From Verrucomicrobiia bacterium (lineage in GTDB: Bacteria; Verrucomicrobiota; Verrucomicrobiia; Limisphaerales; UBA11358), in assembly GCA_049280815.1 (NCBI GenBank), contig JBAPQW010000087.1, forward strand, positions 2,522 to 66,521: a stretch of 64,000 nucleotides of DNA, written 5' to 3'. A program made the position numbers and the translations under genes. Positions within the stretch are counted from its first letter, which is position 1. Each line of letters starts with the position of its first letter. Positions 52,546 to 62,186 of this stretch are shown one piece after another. A model generated the notes under the pieces. It had not been told where the DNA came from, searched no databases, and was given only the letters and a program-made list of their open reading frames with translations.

Positions 52546-53927
52546 TGGTTTCCCTGCGCCGTGGCCAGTTCGCGCCGGTTGAACAAGACGACGCCCAAGA
52601 GGCCGAGGAAGCCGCCCAACAACAAAACCACCTGCCCGAAGGCCAGGCCGAGGGTCGTCCACGGGATGCTGCGACCGCTGCTTAACGAATCAATCGGTGA
52701 GAAATTTTTCACCAGGTTTATGACCGCCAAAAAGCCCTTGAACAACGGGATCAATACCAGATCCAGCGACGAATGACCCATGACGCCGGTCTCCCCGTTG
52801 CCGCCGGCGACCGTGCCCGAAGCCACCGCCTCGGCCAGCGTGCCGCTGGATAACACCATCACCACCACTGCCAGGGAAAAAAACGCCGCGACCGGAAACG
52901 TCAAAAAACTCGCCGCCATGAGCCCCAACGCCGCCAGCGCCGCCATCCAGCAGAAAATGATTCCCAGACCGCGCACAAAATTCAGGGTGAAGCCGCCTTC
53001 GGGGTACAGCACCTCCATCCCGTCATCGAGCGGGAACAGCAGCGACGTCTCATTGGGATTTACAAACAAAATGGTCAACACGCCGTGATCGTCGAAGAGG
53101 TTCGGTGGAATCTGAAACTCGTGGAACGTGTCCGGGGCCAGGCTCATCGGCTCGCTGCGCCAGATTTTGGCGGTATCCGGCACCCCGACCTGCCATAACG
53201 CGACGAACGTGCCCGAGGCATTTTTTTGCGCCGAGTTGAATTTCACCCGCAATTGTAGCGGTTTGTCCCGCAGGAAATTTTTCGCGACACCCAGGTCAAT
53301 CCGCCACTGTCGCGAATATCCCGGCGGCACCAGCTGGAAATCCGCCTTGACCTGTTCCTTGATTTGCCCGCGCACTTCCGGCACGTCCACCTTTTCCACC
53401 GGGTTGCTCTTCAGACGTCCCTGCAAAATGCGTTCGGTTTCGGCCTCAATGGCCGCCGTGTTGACGGGTTCCCTGGCCGAACCGCGCGCCACGAGCACCT
53501 CCTCGCGCAACACGGTTTGTTCCGCCACCGGCAATCTGGCCGCGCGCCATTGCAGCAGGCCGTAAACACAGGCGCCCGACAACCCCAGCAACGCGGCATT
53601 CAACGACATGATGCCGATCCATTTGCCGAGCCAGATTTGCCAGCGGGCAATGGGTTTCGTCGCCACGATTTGGATGTGGCATTCCTCGATGTCCCGCGCC
53701 AGCGTGCCGCAGGCCAGCCAGAGCGTGGACAGGCCGAGCAACGCGGTGATGACACTCAACGTGTAGGTCAGCAGGATTTGAGTGAACCCTCGCGCCGTGC
53801 CGTCATCCTTGATCAAAATGGGCAGGCCCACCACCGCCGCCAGCAACAACCCCGCAATGACCAGGAACAGCCGGAATCGAAAAGCGGCCTTCCAGGTCAG
53901 CCAGGCAATGGCAAGCAGTCTTTGCAT
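52542..53927 (-). CDS. ABC-2-type transporter permease with large extracytoplasmic insert
   Basis: Start MQRLLAIAWLTWKAAF. Motif ARDIEECHIQIVATKPIARWQ parallels REIRTGTALAVLSKPVGRAQ of the 61094-62056 protein. Multiple TM helices flank a soluble insert of about 150 aa. Confidence 0.75.
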   Translation of the reverse strand: MQRLLAIAWLTWKAAFRFRLFLVIAGLLLAAVVGLPILIKDDGTARGFTQILLTYTLSVITALLGLSTLWLACGTLARDIEECHIQIVATKPIARWQIWLGKWIGIMSLNAALLGLSGACVYGLLQWRAARLPVAEQTVLREEVLVARGSAREPVNTAAIEAETERILQGRLKSNPVEKVDVPEVRGQIKEQVKADFQLVPPGYSRQWRIDLGVAKNFLRDKPLQLRVKFNSAQKNASGTFVALWQVGVPDTAKIWRSEPMSLAPDTFHEFQIPPNLFDDHGVLTILFVNPNETSLLFPLDDGMEVLYPEGGFTLNFVRGLGIIFCWMAALAALGLMAASFLTFPVAAFFSLAVVVMVLSSGTLAEAVASGTVAGGNGETGVMGHSSLDLVLIPLFKGFLAVINLVKNFSPIDSLSSGRSIPWTTLGLAFGQVVLLLGGFLGLLGVVLFNRRELATAQGNQ

Positions 53928-53946
53928 CGGCTTTATCGTCCTCGAA

Positions 53947-55161
53947 TTATGGCTTCTTTCCCAACAACGACGACAATTTCTCGTCCGCCTTCGCCAGATC
54001 AACCGGTTTTTCACCGGTGGTGGATTTGGCCGGTGTCCCGACGGGTTCCGTGACTCTCGTCAAGGCTTCGAGCTTGCTATCATCCACCTTCGGGGATGCG
54101 GCCATCGGTGTCACGGGTTTGGGTTGGGCTTCAGGCAGATCGGTTCGCGGCAGAGTCAGTCGTTCCAGTATTTTCTCCGCTGGCGGTCTCTCCTCAACAC
54201 CGCCGCGGAGGTAGGCCGCCACACGCGCGCCCGAAGTCGCGCCCGAAGTTTCCGCCGCTGCCTGACGCGCCTTTTGCACCACCGCGAGAAAGTAGCTCTC
54301 CAGGTTCTGCGTGGGCGTATCAATCCGGACCTTGTCCGCCGCCACGTCCTTGCGGATGATTTCCAGCACCCGCTCCAAGGTTGCCCGCGGCAACGCGGGC
54401 GTGGTGATGCGGATCGCATCCGGCGTGGCCAATAAATCCTTGAGCGTGCCCATCGCCTGGATTTTACCGCCGTAATAAATCACGACCCGGTCGCAAACGT
54501 CCTCCACGTCCGACAACAAATGGCTGCTCAAAATCACCGTCTTGCCCCGGCGCGCCAGCGCCAGAATCAAATCCTTCACCTCCCGGCAGCCAATCGGATC
54601 GAGTCCGGAGGTCGGCTCGTCGAGAATCACCAGGTCCGGGTCGTTGATCAGCGCCTGCGCCAGACCGATGCGGCGCTGCATGCCCTTGGAAAATTCGCCG
54701 ACGGAGCGCAAATGGACCTGGCTCAGGCCGACCATTTCGAGCAGTTGTTCGACCCGGCTGTCGCGTTCGGCCTTGCCCAGATGGAAAAGGTTGCCAAAAA
54801 AGTCGAGCGTTTCGCGCGAGTTGAGGTAGCGGTACAGGTAGGATTCCTCCGGCAGATAACCGATGCGCGACTTGGTCTGCACATGCCGCGGCGAATGGCC
54901 GAACACCTCGATGTGGCCTTTCGTCGGGTAAAGCAAACCCAGCAGCAATTTCACGGTGGTGGACTTGCCGGAGCCGTTCGGACCCAGCAGGCCGAACACC
55001 TCGCCACGTCGCACATCAAAATCCACGTTGTCCACCGCGCGCGCCTTGGGCCGGTTCCAGAAATCCTTGAAGATCTTCGTCAAGCCGCGAACGGACACGA
55101 CGACCTCCCCGGATTTCCGATTTTCGATTTTTGATTGCGGAGTTGGTTCGGCAACGGGCAT
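53947..55161 (-). CDS. ABC transporter ATP-binding protein with about 100-aa C-terminal extension
   Basis: Start MPVAEPTPQ.... Walker A GLLGPNGSGKST. Signature FSKGMQRR. Walker B LVILDEPTSGLD. Low-complexity Pro/Lys/Glu tail. Confidence 0.92.
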   Translation of the reverse strand: MPVAEPTPQSKIENRKSGEVVVSVRGLTKIFKDFWNRPKARAVDNVDFDVRRGEVFGLLGPNGSGKSTTVKLLLGLLYPTKGHIEVFGHSPRHVQTKSRIGYLPEESYLYRYLNSRETLDFFGNLFHLGKAERDSRVEQLLEMVGLSQVHLRSVGEFSKGMQRRIGLAQALINDPDLVILDEPTSGLDPIGCREVKDLILALARRGKTVILSSHLLSDVEDVCDRVVIYYGGKIQAMGTLKDLLATPDAIRITTPALPRATLERVLEIIRKDVAADKVRIDTPTQNLESYFLAVVQKARQAAAETSGATSGARVAAYLRGGVEERPPAEKILERLTLPRTDLPEAQPKPVTPMAASPKVDDSKLEALTRVTEPVGTPAKSTTGEKPVDLAKADEKLSSLLGKKP

Positions 55162-55181
55162 AGGGCAGAAGGTTGGGGCCG

Positions 55182-57191
55182 TTACGCCATTTTGGGCGTC
55201 AGTTGACCGGACGCTTCGGGATGTGAACTGGAGCCGGGTATCGGTGCAACCTGTTCGGGATGGAAATGTTCCAGTTCCTCGCCCTTGCGCACCAGCCGCG
55301 CGCTGTTGAAAATCACAATGAGGCTCCCGGTAACGTGCAAGATGGAGGCGGTTATCGGGCCGATGTAGCCAGTCGCTGTTGTCGTCCAACCAACCAGGAT
55401 GAAAACAACGCCAAATATAAAATTCTGGTTGATGACGGTGCGCGTGCTGCGGGAGAGATTCACCAGGAACGGCAGCCGGCGCAGGTCGTTGTTCATCAGC
55501 GCAATCGTCGCGCTGTGGATGGCCACTTCGCTGCCCGCCGCGCCCATCGCAATGCCAATGTCGCCGGCCGCGAGCGCCGGCGCGTCATTTACGCCGTCGC
55601 CGATGACGGCCACGCGATAACCTTTCGCCTTGATTCCGCGGACAAACTCAACCTTGTTCTGCGGCAGGCAATCACCCTTCGCCTCTTCACAGCCGATTTC
55701 CGCCGCCACCCGGGTCACCACCGCCTGACGGTCGCCGGAAACCATCGCGATCCGGCGGACCCCCGCGGCTTTCAACTCGGCGAGCGATTCCCGGGCCTCG
55801 GCGCGGGTCTGGTCCTGCAAGCCGACCCAGCCGATGCATTTGCCGTTGGACGCCACAAAAATCAAACTCCAGCCCTCCGTCTCGTTCAGATCCACGGATT
55901 TCACAAAATCCTCGGTCACGCCATTGTCCTTGAGCCATTGCGCCCGGCCCACCAGAACCTTGGCTCCGCCCACGTCGGCCTTCACGCCGCGACCGGCCGT
56001 CTCGGTAAAATTCTGCGGCTCGGCCAGCGGCACGCCGGCTTCCCCGGCAATCAGGGCAAGCGCCCGGGCCGTCGGATGGTTGCTGTATTTTTCCGCCGAC
56101 GCCGCGACCCGCAACAATTCCGCCGGCTTGGTTTCCCCGAGCGGCGTCAGCCGGCTGACCGCCAGCTGGCCGGTGGTCAGCGTGCCGGTTTTGTCGAACA
56201 CGAAGGCGTTGATTTTGGCCGCCGCTTCAATGTCTGCGACATTTTTGATCAAAATGCCGAGACGGGCGGCGGCGGAAAGCGCAGCCACCATTGCCGTGGG
56301 CGTCGCCAGAATGAAAGCGCATGGACAGGAAACGACGAACACGGCAATAACCCGGTCCAGATCGTGCGTGAAGGCCCAGACGAGGGCGCCAATGACCAGG
56401 ACGAGCGGGGTGTAGAAACCCATGTATTGGTCCACGATCTTCATGATCGGGAGCTTCGTTTTTTCCGCGGCCAGAATCAGTTCCCGCACCCGGCCCAGCG
56501 TCGTGTCCTCGCCCGCCCGGCTGACCTTGATTTCCAGAACCCCGGTAAGATTTTGGGTTCCGGCAAAAACCTCGTCGCCGGACTTTTTATCCACTGGCAA
56601 TGATTCGCCGGTGATGGTCGCCTGATTGAACGAGCCCTGGCCATTGACGATGAGGCCGTCCGCCGCGACGTTGTCGCCGGGACGAATGCGAATCACGTCG
56701 CCGATGGTGAGTTCGCTGGCCGCCACCTCCTCCTCGCTGCCATCCTTTTTTATCCGTCGCGCCTTGGTGGGCGTGAGCTTGATGAGGGATTCGATGGAGG
56801 CGCGGGCGCCTTCGGCGGTGCGCGTCTCGATGATTTCGCCGGTGAGCATGAAGAACGCGACCACCCCGGCGACCTTGTAATTGCCGGAAGCGAAGGCGGC
56901 GAGCACGGCAATGGCCACGAGCTCGTTGATGCTCAGCCGCCCGACGCGTAAATCCTTGACGGCGGTGACGACAATGGGATAGCCCAAAATGATGGCCCCG
57001 ATGAACGCGCTGGCGCTGGCGACGGTGGCGCTCTGCGCGAACAGCCAGTCCACAATGAAGGCGTTGAAAACGAAGACGATGCCCAGGACAACCTGCCACA
57101 GATGCACGACGGAATGTTCGTGGTCGTGACCGCATCCGCACTCCGGGCCGTGCTCGTGTTCGTAATGACTCAACAGCGACGTGACTTGCAT
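55182..57191 (-). CDS. Heavy-metal-translocating P1B-type ATPase (CPC motif; Zn/Cd/Pb-type likely)
   Basis: His/Cys-rich N-terminus (HYEHEHGPECGCGHDHEHS). TM6 SCPCAF. Phosphorylation site DKTGTLT. Hinge GDGVNDAPAL. Confidence 0.93.
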   Translation of the reverse strand: MQVTSLLSHYEHEHGPECGCGHDHEHSVVHLWQVVLGIVFVFNAFIVDWLFAQSATVASASAFIGAIILGYPIVVTAVKDLRVGRLSINELVAIAVLAAFASGNYKVAGVVAFFMLTGEIIETRTAEGARASIESLIKLTPTKARRIKKDGSEEEVAASELTIGDVIRIRPGDNVAADGLIVNGQGSFNQATITGESLPVDKKSGDEVFAGTQNLTGVLEIKVSRAGEDTTLGRVRELILAAEKTKLPIMKIVDQYMGFYTPLVLVIGALVWAFTHDLDRVIAVFVVSCPCAFILATPTAMVAALSAAARLGILIKNVADIEAAAKINAFVFDKTGTLTTGQLAVSRLTPLGETKPAELLRVAASAEKYSNHPTARALALIAGEAGVPLAEPQNFTETAGRGVKADVGGAKVLVGRAQWLKDNGVTEDFVKSVDLNETEGWSLIFVASNGKCIGWVGLQDQTRAEARESLAELKAAGVRRIAMVSGDRQAVVTRVAAEIGCEEAKGDCLPQNKVEFVRGIKAKGYRVAVIGDGVNDAPALAAGDIGIAMGAAGSEVAIHSATIALMNNDLRRLPFLVNLSRSTRTVINQNFIFGVVFILVGWTTTATGYIGPITASILHVTGSLIVIFNSARLVRKGEELEHFHPEQVAPIPGSSSHPEASGQLTPKMA

Positions 57192-57196
57192 ACGAT

Positions 57197-58291
57197 TTAT
57201 GGATTCGCCGGCGCCGGTTTCGGCGCTGCCGGCTCACGATTCAACATTAGCCGAAGTTCGCGCGGTTTGCCATCGGCGCGCGTGGAAAAAAAGATTTTAT
57301 CCTGCACGTTCGTCAACGCCTGGCTCATGGCCTCAACCAGCCGCTGTTGGACAAACAGGTTCGGATTGCTCTCGTATTTCGGCAGGAGATCGGTGAAGGC
57401 GCCGGCATCGGCCTTGACATACTTGACGTAGTTGGCGCTCGCCGCGGCGGCTTCGTTGGTGATGGCGCTGGCCTGCCCGGTGGCCGCCAGCAACGTCTTG
57501 TCCTTGTAGGTGTTTGCGTTGTTGATCTGTTTGCTTTGATTTTGACGCGCGATGGTGACCTGCGCAAAGACGTCCTTCAATTGCCGCGGCGCAATGCTTT
57601 GCACCAGACAGCTGTCAATGACCACGCCCAGTTGTTCCTGCTCGACCAGGTCGCTGACCCGCTGGCGCACGGCGTCCTGAAATCCGGCCACGTCGCGCGT
57701 GAGAATGTCGTCCACGTTGAATTTGGCGGCGGTGAACAGCAGCGCGTTATCCAAGGCGTTCTGAATTGAATTGGAGGCGGAGGCGAAGTCGAAAATATAT
57801 TTGATGGGCTCGACAATGTGGTAATTGAGGGTCGCGCGGGTGTGAATGATGTTGCGGTCCGCCGTGAAGGCGTAGCCATCCACCGCCGGATTCAGCGACG
57901 GGCCGGCCGGCAATTCCTCGCCGCTCAATTCCTGTTCCGGCGTGGTCGCATACCAGCCGGTCGTGGAGGTGACCTTCTGGATTTCCGAGATGGGAATTTT
58001 CACCACTTCGTCGATAGGATACGGAAATGACCAGTGCAGGCCCGCGCCCAGCAAAACCTTCTGGCCTCCGCCGACCGGGCTGCCAAAACGGAGGATGACC
58101 GCTTTTTCCGAGGGCCCGACCGTAAAAAATCCAGAGCTGAAAAAGGCCACCACCATGAGCACCATCGCGACCTTGACAATCGCAAAGCTGCTGCGCAGCG
58201 CCTCGGCCAGCGCCTGCGAACCGGCATCGTCAGGCCCCACGGGCGCGGGCGCCGGATGCTCGTGCACCTGAGGATCGTGTTCGTGGCTCAT
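57197..58291 (-). CDS. SPFH/Band-7 domain protein (HflK-like)
   Basis: His-rich N-terminus (SHEHDPQVHEHP). One TM helix. SPFH core (FTVGPSEKAVILRFGSP...GLHWSFPYPIDEV). It ends 5 nt before the ATPase start. Confidence 0.85.
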   Translation of the reverse strand: MSHEHDPQVHEHPAPAPVGPDDAGSQALAEALRSSFAIVKVAMVLMVVAFFSSGFFTVGPSEKAVILRFGSPVGGGQKVLLGAGLHWSFPYPIDEVVKIPISEIQKVTSTTGWYATTPEQELSGEELPAGPSLNPAVDGYAFTADRNIIHTRATLNYHIVEPIKYIFDFASASNSIQNALDNALLFTAAKFNVDDILTRDVAGFQDAVRQRVSDLVEQEQLGVVIDSCLVQSIAPRQLKDVFAQVTIARQNQSKQINNANTYKDKTLLAATGQASAITNEAAAASANYVKYVKADAGAFTDLLPKYESNPNLFVQQRLVEAMSQALTNVQDKIFFSTRADGKPRELRLMLNREPAAPKPAPANP

Positions 58292-59208
58292 GGCTGTCGG
58301 CCTGTGGTGTTCGTGGGCAGATTGCGGAACAAATCGAAGGGCGGGTAGCGTTCGTCAAAAATCAAAGTCGAGCGCTGGTTGAGCGATTGCTCCCAGGCGT
58401 TGATGCGCAGGAGGAAAACCGCCAGATCGGGATTTTGCTGGAACGTGGACAGCGTTTTGGCCGCTTCGGCTTCGCCCTCGGCGCGAATGCTCGTGGCGGT
58501 GGCCTGGGCGTTGGCGATGGTCCGGACGGCCTCGCTGTCCGCCGTGGACTGGATAATCTGGGCATCTTTTTTGCCTTCGTTTTCCGCCCGGCTAATGAGC
58601 TTTTGCCGGTCCGCTTTCATGCGGTCGAAAACCGCCTGGGTGACGTTTTCCGGCAGGCCGATTTTCTTGAAGCCGAGGAATTCCAGGCTGATGCCATAGT
58701 TGTTCGTGCTCAACTGGGACTGGACCGACTGTTCAATCTCATTTTCGATCGCGGCGAATTTAGAGTCCCGGGGATCCGCATTCACAAAATCGGACAGCGG
58801 ATGCTTGCCGATGACCGCGCTCTTGGCGGTGCGCAAGATGCCTTCCAGTTTTCCCTGAGCGTTCGGCAGCGAAACCGCGGGATCCCCCGGAAAAGTCGAA
58901 AGAAAAACGGAGGCGTCGGAAATCCGCCAGCCGACATAAACACTGGTCAGCAGCATGGTGCTGTCCGCCGTGAGGCTTTCGCTGTTGAGGTCGTTAAAGT
59001 TCTGGATGCGCTGGTCGTATTTATAGACGGTTTGAATCGGCTTCGGCCACTTGAGGTAGGGTCCGGCGTTGGTGATGGCTTGTCCCGGCCGGCCGAAGGT
59101 TGTGACCACCGCCACCTCGGACTTACGCACTTGAAAAACAAACAACAACAGCGCGGTGATGACCACCAGCACTGTCCCGATGAGAACAATCAATGTATTC
59201 CGTTTCAT
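58288..59208 (-). CDS. SPFH/Band-7 domain protein (HflC-like)
   Basis: N-terminal TM helix. VRKSEVAVVTTFGRP...YLKWPKPIQTV. 4-nt overlaps with both neighbours. Confidence 0.85.
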   Translation of the reverse strand: MKRNTLIVLIGTVLVVITALLLFVFQVRKSEVAVVTTFGRPGQAITNAGPYLKWPKPIQTVYKYDQRIQNFNDLNSESLTADSTMLLTSVYVGWRISDASVFLSTFPGDPAVSLPNAQGKLEGILRTAKSAVIGKHPLSDFVNADPRDSKFAAIENEIEQSVQSQLSTNNYGISLEFLGFKKIGLPENVTQAVFDRMKADRQKLISRAENEGKKDAQIIQSTADSEAVRTIANAQATATSIRAEGEAEAAKTLSTFQQNPDLAVFLLRINAWEQSLNQRSTLIFDERYPPFDLFRNLPTNTTGRQP

Positions 59209-61091
59209 GGCGATGAACTGTTGGGGGATGAGGGCACGTTCAAATTTAAAAGGTCCTCGCGAATCTTGTCTTCCAGGTCAAATATCACCACGTCCGAGGT
59301 GTTGGTCACCAGCAGGACATATTTCCGGGCATTGGCCGTCGCGCTGGCGAAGGTCTGGAAATAGGTGCGCTGTTTGTAGACGCCCGGGGCGGCCTCAAAT
59401 GCCGGAATTTGATTGGTAAACAACGCCGCCTCGGCGAATTTCGCGGTCACGAGCCGCACCCGCTCCGCGTCGGCGAGGTTGGTGGTCGTGAACGCCCGCG
59501 CGATGGACAGCGCATTGGTGCGGATGGCCTCCGCCTCGGCGCCCAGGATCGCGGCCAGCTTCGTCTGCTCCGCGCCGACCACCTTTTCATAATCGCCGGC
59601 CACGGGCGTCGGCGGATGGATGTCCTGCAACCCGACAAAGATGATTTTCGCGCCAAGCTGATGTTCATTCGCGGCGGATTGAATTTGCATCTGCAACTCC
59701 TGCGCCGCCTCCAGCCGCGCGGACGACATGACCTCATTCAAGTCCACGCCGGCGAGAAAATGCACCACTTCGCGCGTGGCCAGATCCTCCAGCAAGCCGG
59801 CCGGGTCCGTGTTATGGTAAGCCCAGGCCAGCACATTGGTGATTTGAAATTGCACCGGAATGCTGACCGTGATGAGGCTGACGGGCGGAGCCTTGAGCGT
59901 ATTGTTCGTGTCGGTGTTGGCATCCTGGATGGTGACCGGCGCCCGGTTGGCCACGAGGAAATTCTCCTCCTTGGCGTGAGGCAGGCTCCACAGGATGGTC
60001 TTCTGCTGCTCACTTTGGGCGTCCGGGGTGTAGCCGACTTCGAACGTCTGGATTTGTTCCGTGCGATAGCGGTAAATCCGGTCCGCCGGCCACGGTAATT
60101 TGAAATGAGCCCCGGGGGCCAGCACCCCGGCCGGCCGGCCAAACCGCTCCAGCACCGCCTGTTCACCGGCATCAATGAACACCACGCCCGTGGACAGGAA
60201 CAACACCGCCAGCTGGGCCAGCAGCAGCAGGAGCAGGTTTTTCTGGAGCAGTTGAAAAAACCAGGTTTCCGAAACCTTGAAGCCGAACTGATAATCGAGC
60301 GTCTGCGCCGCCGTCGTAAACAGGCTTTCCGGCTGGGCCAGCAGTCCGACCACCCGGCTGTCGTAAAGCGGCCGGGCGATTTTGCCTTTGACGCGGGGCC
60401 GGTAAATTTCCAGCAGCAGGGTGACCAGCATTTCCACCGCCATCAGACCCAGCAGGACGCACAAACCACGGGCAATGTAAAAATCCAGCTTCGGCAGTTC
60501 CATCGAGACCCCGGCGAGGCCGAGGGCGGTGACGAAGCAGACATAGGCGCCGGCCAGCAAAAAGCTGGCGCTGGGGCGCAACAGCCGCTGGTTTTCCAGG
60601 CGCGCGATGGTCACGGAGAAACGGCCGAGCAGGAACAGCAGCAGCGCAAAAATGGCGAACAGCGAGAGTGACGGCAGGGCGCGCTCGGGCACCACGCCAC
60701 CGGTATTCTTGGCCAACCAGCGCCAGAGCAGATAAGCCCCGCCCGCTTCGAGCAAAAACAGCAGCACGCCGAAACCCGGAACAAAAAAACGCTCGAATTG
60801 CGCCCGCGCGTGCCGGGCCGGAAAATTCTCCGTGTCCCTCGTTTCAAACAGCGCGGATTCGCCCCGCGCCCGGGCGAGTTCCTCGACTTCAAGCCTTTCC
60901 AGCCGCTCGTTTTCGGCGAGCCGCATCTGGAACCAGCCGGTGAAGGCCACCAGCACGGCGAGGCCCAGAAAAATCGAGCCGGCCTGCCCGGCCAGCGAAT
61001 TCACAAAAGTGGTCACGACAAAGGCGGCGATGAAAATCACCACTGCCGCGACCAGATTCACCAGTCCGTTTTTTTGACCGTTGTGTTCCAT
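59205..61091 (-). CDS. Polytopic membrane domain fused to an SPFH domain
   Basis: About 300 aa with 7-8 hydrophobic helices, then QAVLERFGRPAGVLAPGAHFKLPWPADRIY (SPFH core) and a coiled C-terminal region. Confidence 0.8.
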   Translation of the reverse strand: MEHNGQKNGLVNLVAAVVIFIAAFVVTTFVNSLAGQAGSIFLGLAVLVAFTGWFQMRLAENERLERLEVEELARARGESALFETRDTENFPARHARAQFERFFVPGFGVLLFLLEAGGAYLLWRWLAKNTGGVVPERALPSLSLFAIFALLLFLLGRFSVTIARLENQRLLRPSASFLLAGAYVCFVTALGLAGVSMELPKLDFYIARGLCVLLGLMAVEMLVTLLLEIYRPRVKGKIARPLYDSRVVGLLAQPESLFTTAAQTLDYQFGFKVSETWFFQLLQKNLLLLLLAQLAVLFLSTGVVFIDAGEQAVLERFGRPAGVLAPGAHFKLPWPADRIYRYRTEQIQTFEVGYTPDAQSEQQKTILWSLPHAKEENFLVANRAPVTIQDANTDTNNTLKAPPVSLITVSIPVQFQITNVLAWAYHNTDPAGLLEDLATREVVHFLAGVDLNEVMSSARLEAAQELQMQIQSAANEHQLGAKIIFVGLQDIHPPTPVAGDYEKVVGAEQTKLAAILGAEAEAIRTNALSIARAFTTTNLADAERVRLVTAKFAEAALFTNQIPAFEAAPGVYKQRTYFQTFASATANARKYVLLVTNTSDVVIFDLEDKIREDLLNLNVPSSPNSSSP

Positions 61092-61093
61092 GC

Positions 61094-62056
61094 TTAACTT
61101 AGTTCCCGTTCCTCAAACAGGGCCGTGCCGACGGCCAGCGCCGCTCCCGTGTAGGCAACCACATAGGCAAAGGCCTTGCCGACGTAGCCCCAGTGGAAGG
61201 TGCTTTTGCCCATGTCCAGGGCGTCTGCGAGCCAGAAAAGCTGCCAGTTTGGCACGATGGTGTAAAGCGTCGAAGCCCACCATTTGCCCGCTTCCGCGCG
61301 CGTGCCAAAGAAATAATCCGAGACCAGGCCGATCAAAAAGAATGCCGAGCAGATCGCCAGCGTGGCAATCGTGTCCAGCCGCGTCGAGCACGCCAGCGCC
61401 AGCGCCGCCAGAATCCACAGCGCAAACAGGATCAGGATTCCGGCCGGCACCAGCCGCCAGTCCACGTGCGCCTCCACGCCCATGGTCTGCATTTGCCGGA
61501 CGAAGTGGAAAACCAAAAAGGCCGCGAGGGTGGCGGTCACCACCAGCGCCAGGACCGCGTCACTCGCAAACGGCCGCCGCAGGAAAAAATTGCTGAAGCC
61601 CGCCAGCGCGTAAGCCACCAGCACCCCCGCCGCAAAAATGCCGAGCGCGGGCAGATTGGTCTTGCCATAGGCATCGAACGACATCCAACTGGCGAGCAGC
61701 ACCCCGATGAGGTTGACATAGGCCAGCAGCGTCAGGGCGGCGGCAAGTCCCGCATATTTGGCCAGAAAAAACTGCGCCCGACCGACCGGCTTCGACAGCA
61801 CCGCCAGCGCCGTGCCGGTGCGGATTTCACGCGCCAGCGACGCCGACGCGCTCAACACCGCGCCGAGCAGTCCTGACAGCAACATCACCGCCAACGCACT
61901 GGTGGCGACCAGTTTTGGTTCGTCCCCCAGCGCAAAATAATAGGGCACGGCCAGAAAAATCTCAAACAGCACGGACACCGTCATCAGCAGCAGGAAAACC
62001 GGCTGCCGGATGAGTTCCATGAAGGCATTGGTGGCGATGGTTAAAAATTGTCGCAT
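61094..62056 (-). CDS. ABC-2-type permease-like membrane protein
   Basis: Six to eight TM helices. Motif LAREIRTGTALAVLSKPVGRAQFF, shared with the 52542-53927 permease. Confidence 0.7.
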   Translation of the reverse strand: MRQFLTIATNAFMELIRQPVFLLLMTVSVLFEIFLAVPYYFALGDEPKLVATSALAVMLLSGLLGAVLSASASLAREIRTGTALAVLSKPVGRAQFFLAKYAGLAAALTLLAYVNLIGVLLASWMSFDAYGKTNLPALGIFAAGVLVAYALAGFSNFFLRRPFASDAVLALVVTATLAAFLVFHFVRQMQTMGVEAHVDWRLVPAGILILFALWILAALALACSTRLDTIATLAICSAFFLIGLVSDYFFGTRAEAGKWWASTLYTIVPNWQLFWLADALDMGKSTFHWGYVGKAFAYVVAYTGAALAVGTALFEERELS

Positions 62057-62186
62057 GTCGAATGTCAGCCGAAAGATTAGTTATCCTGCGGCTGATTGCC
62101 AACGGTTAAACCATCTGAAACGCGGGTCATACTCGAGTTTTCAGGGAAATGGAGCGTCCGGCAGGTGATTTTGTTCAAAATAACCG

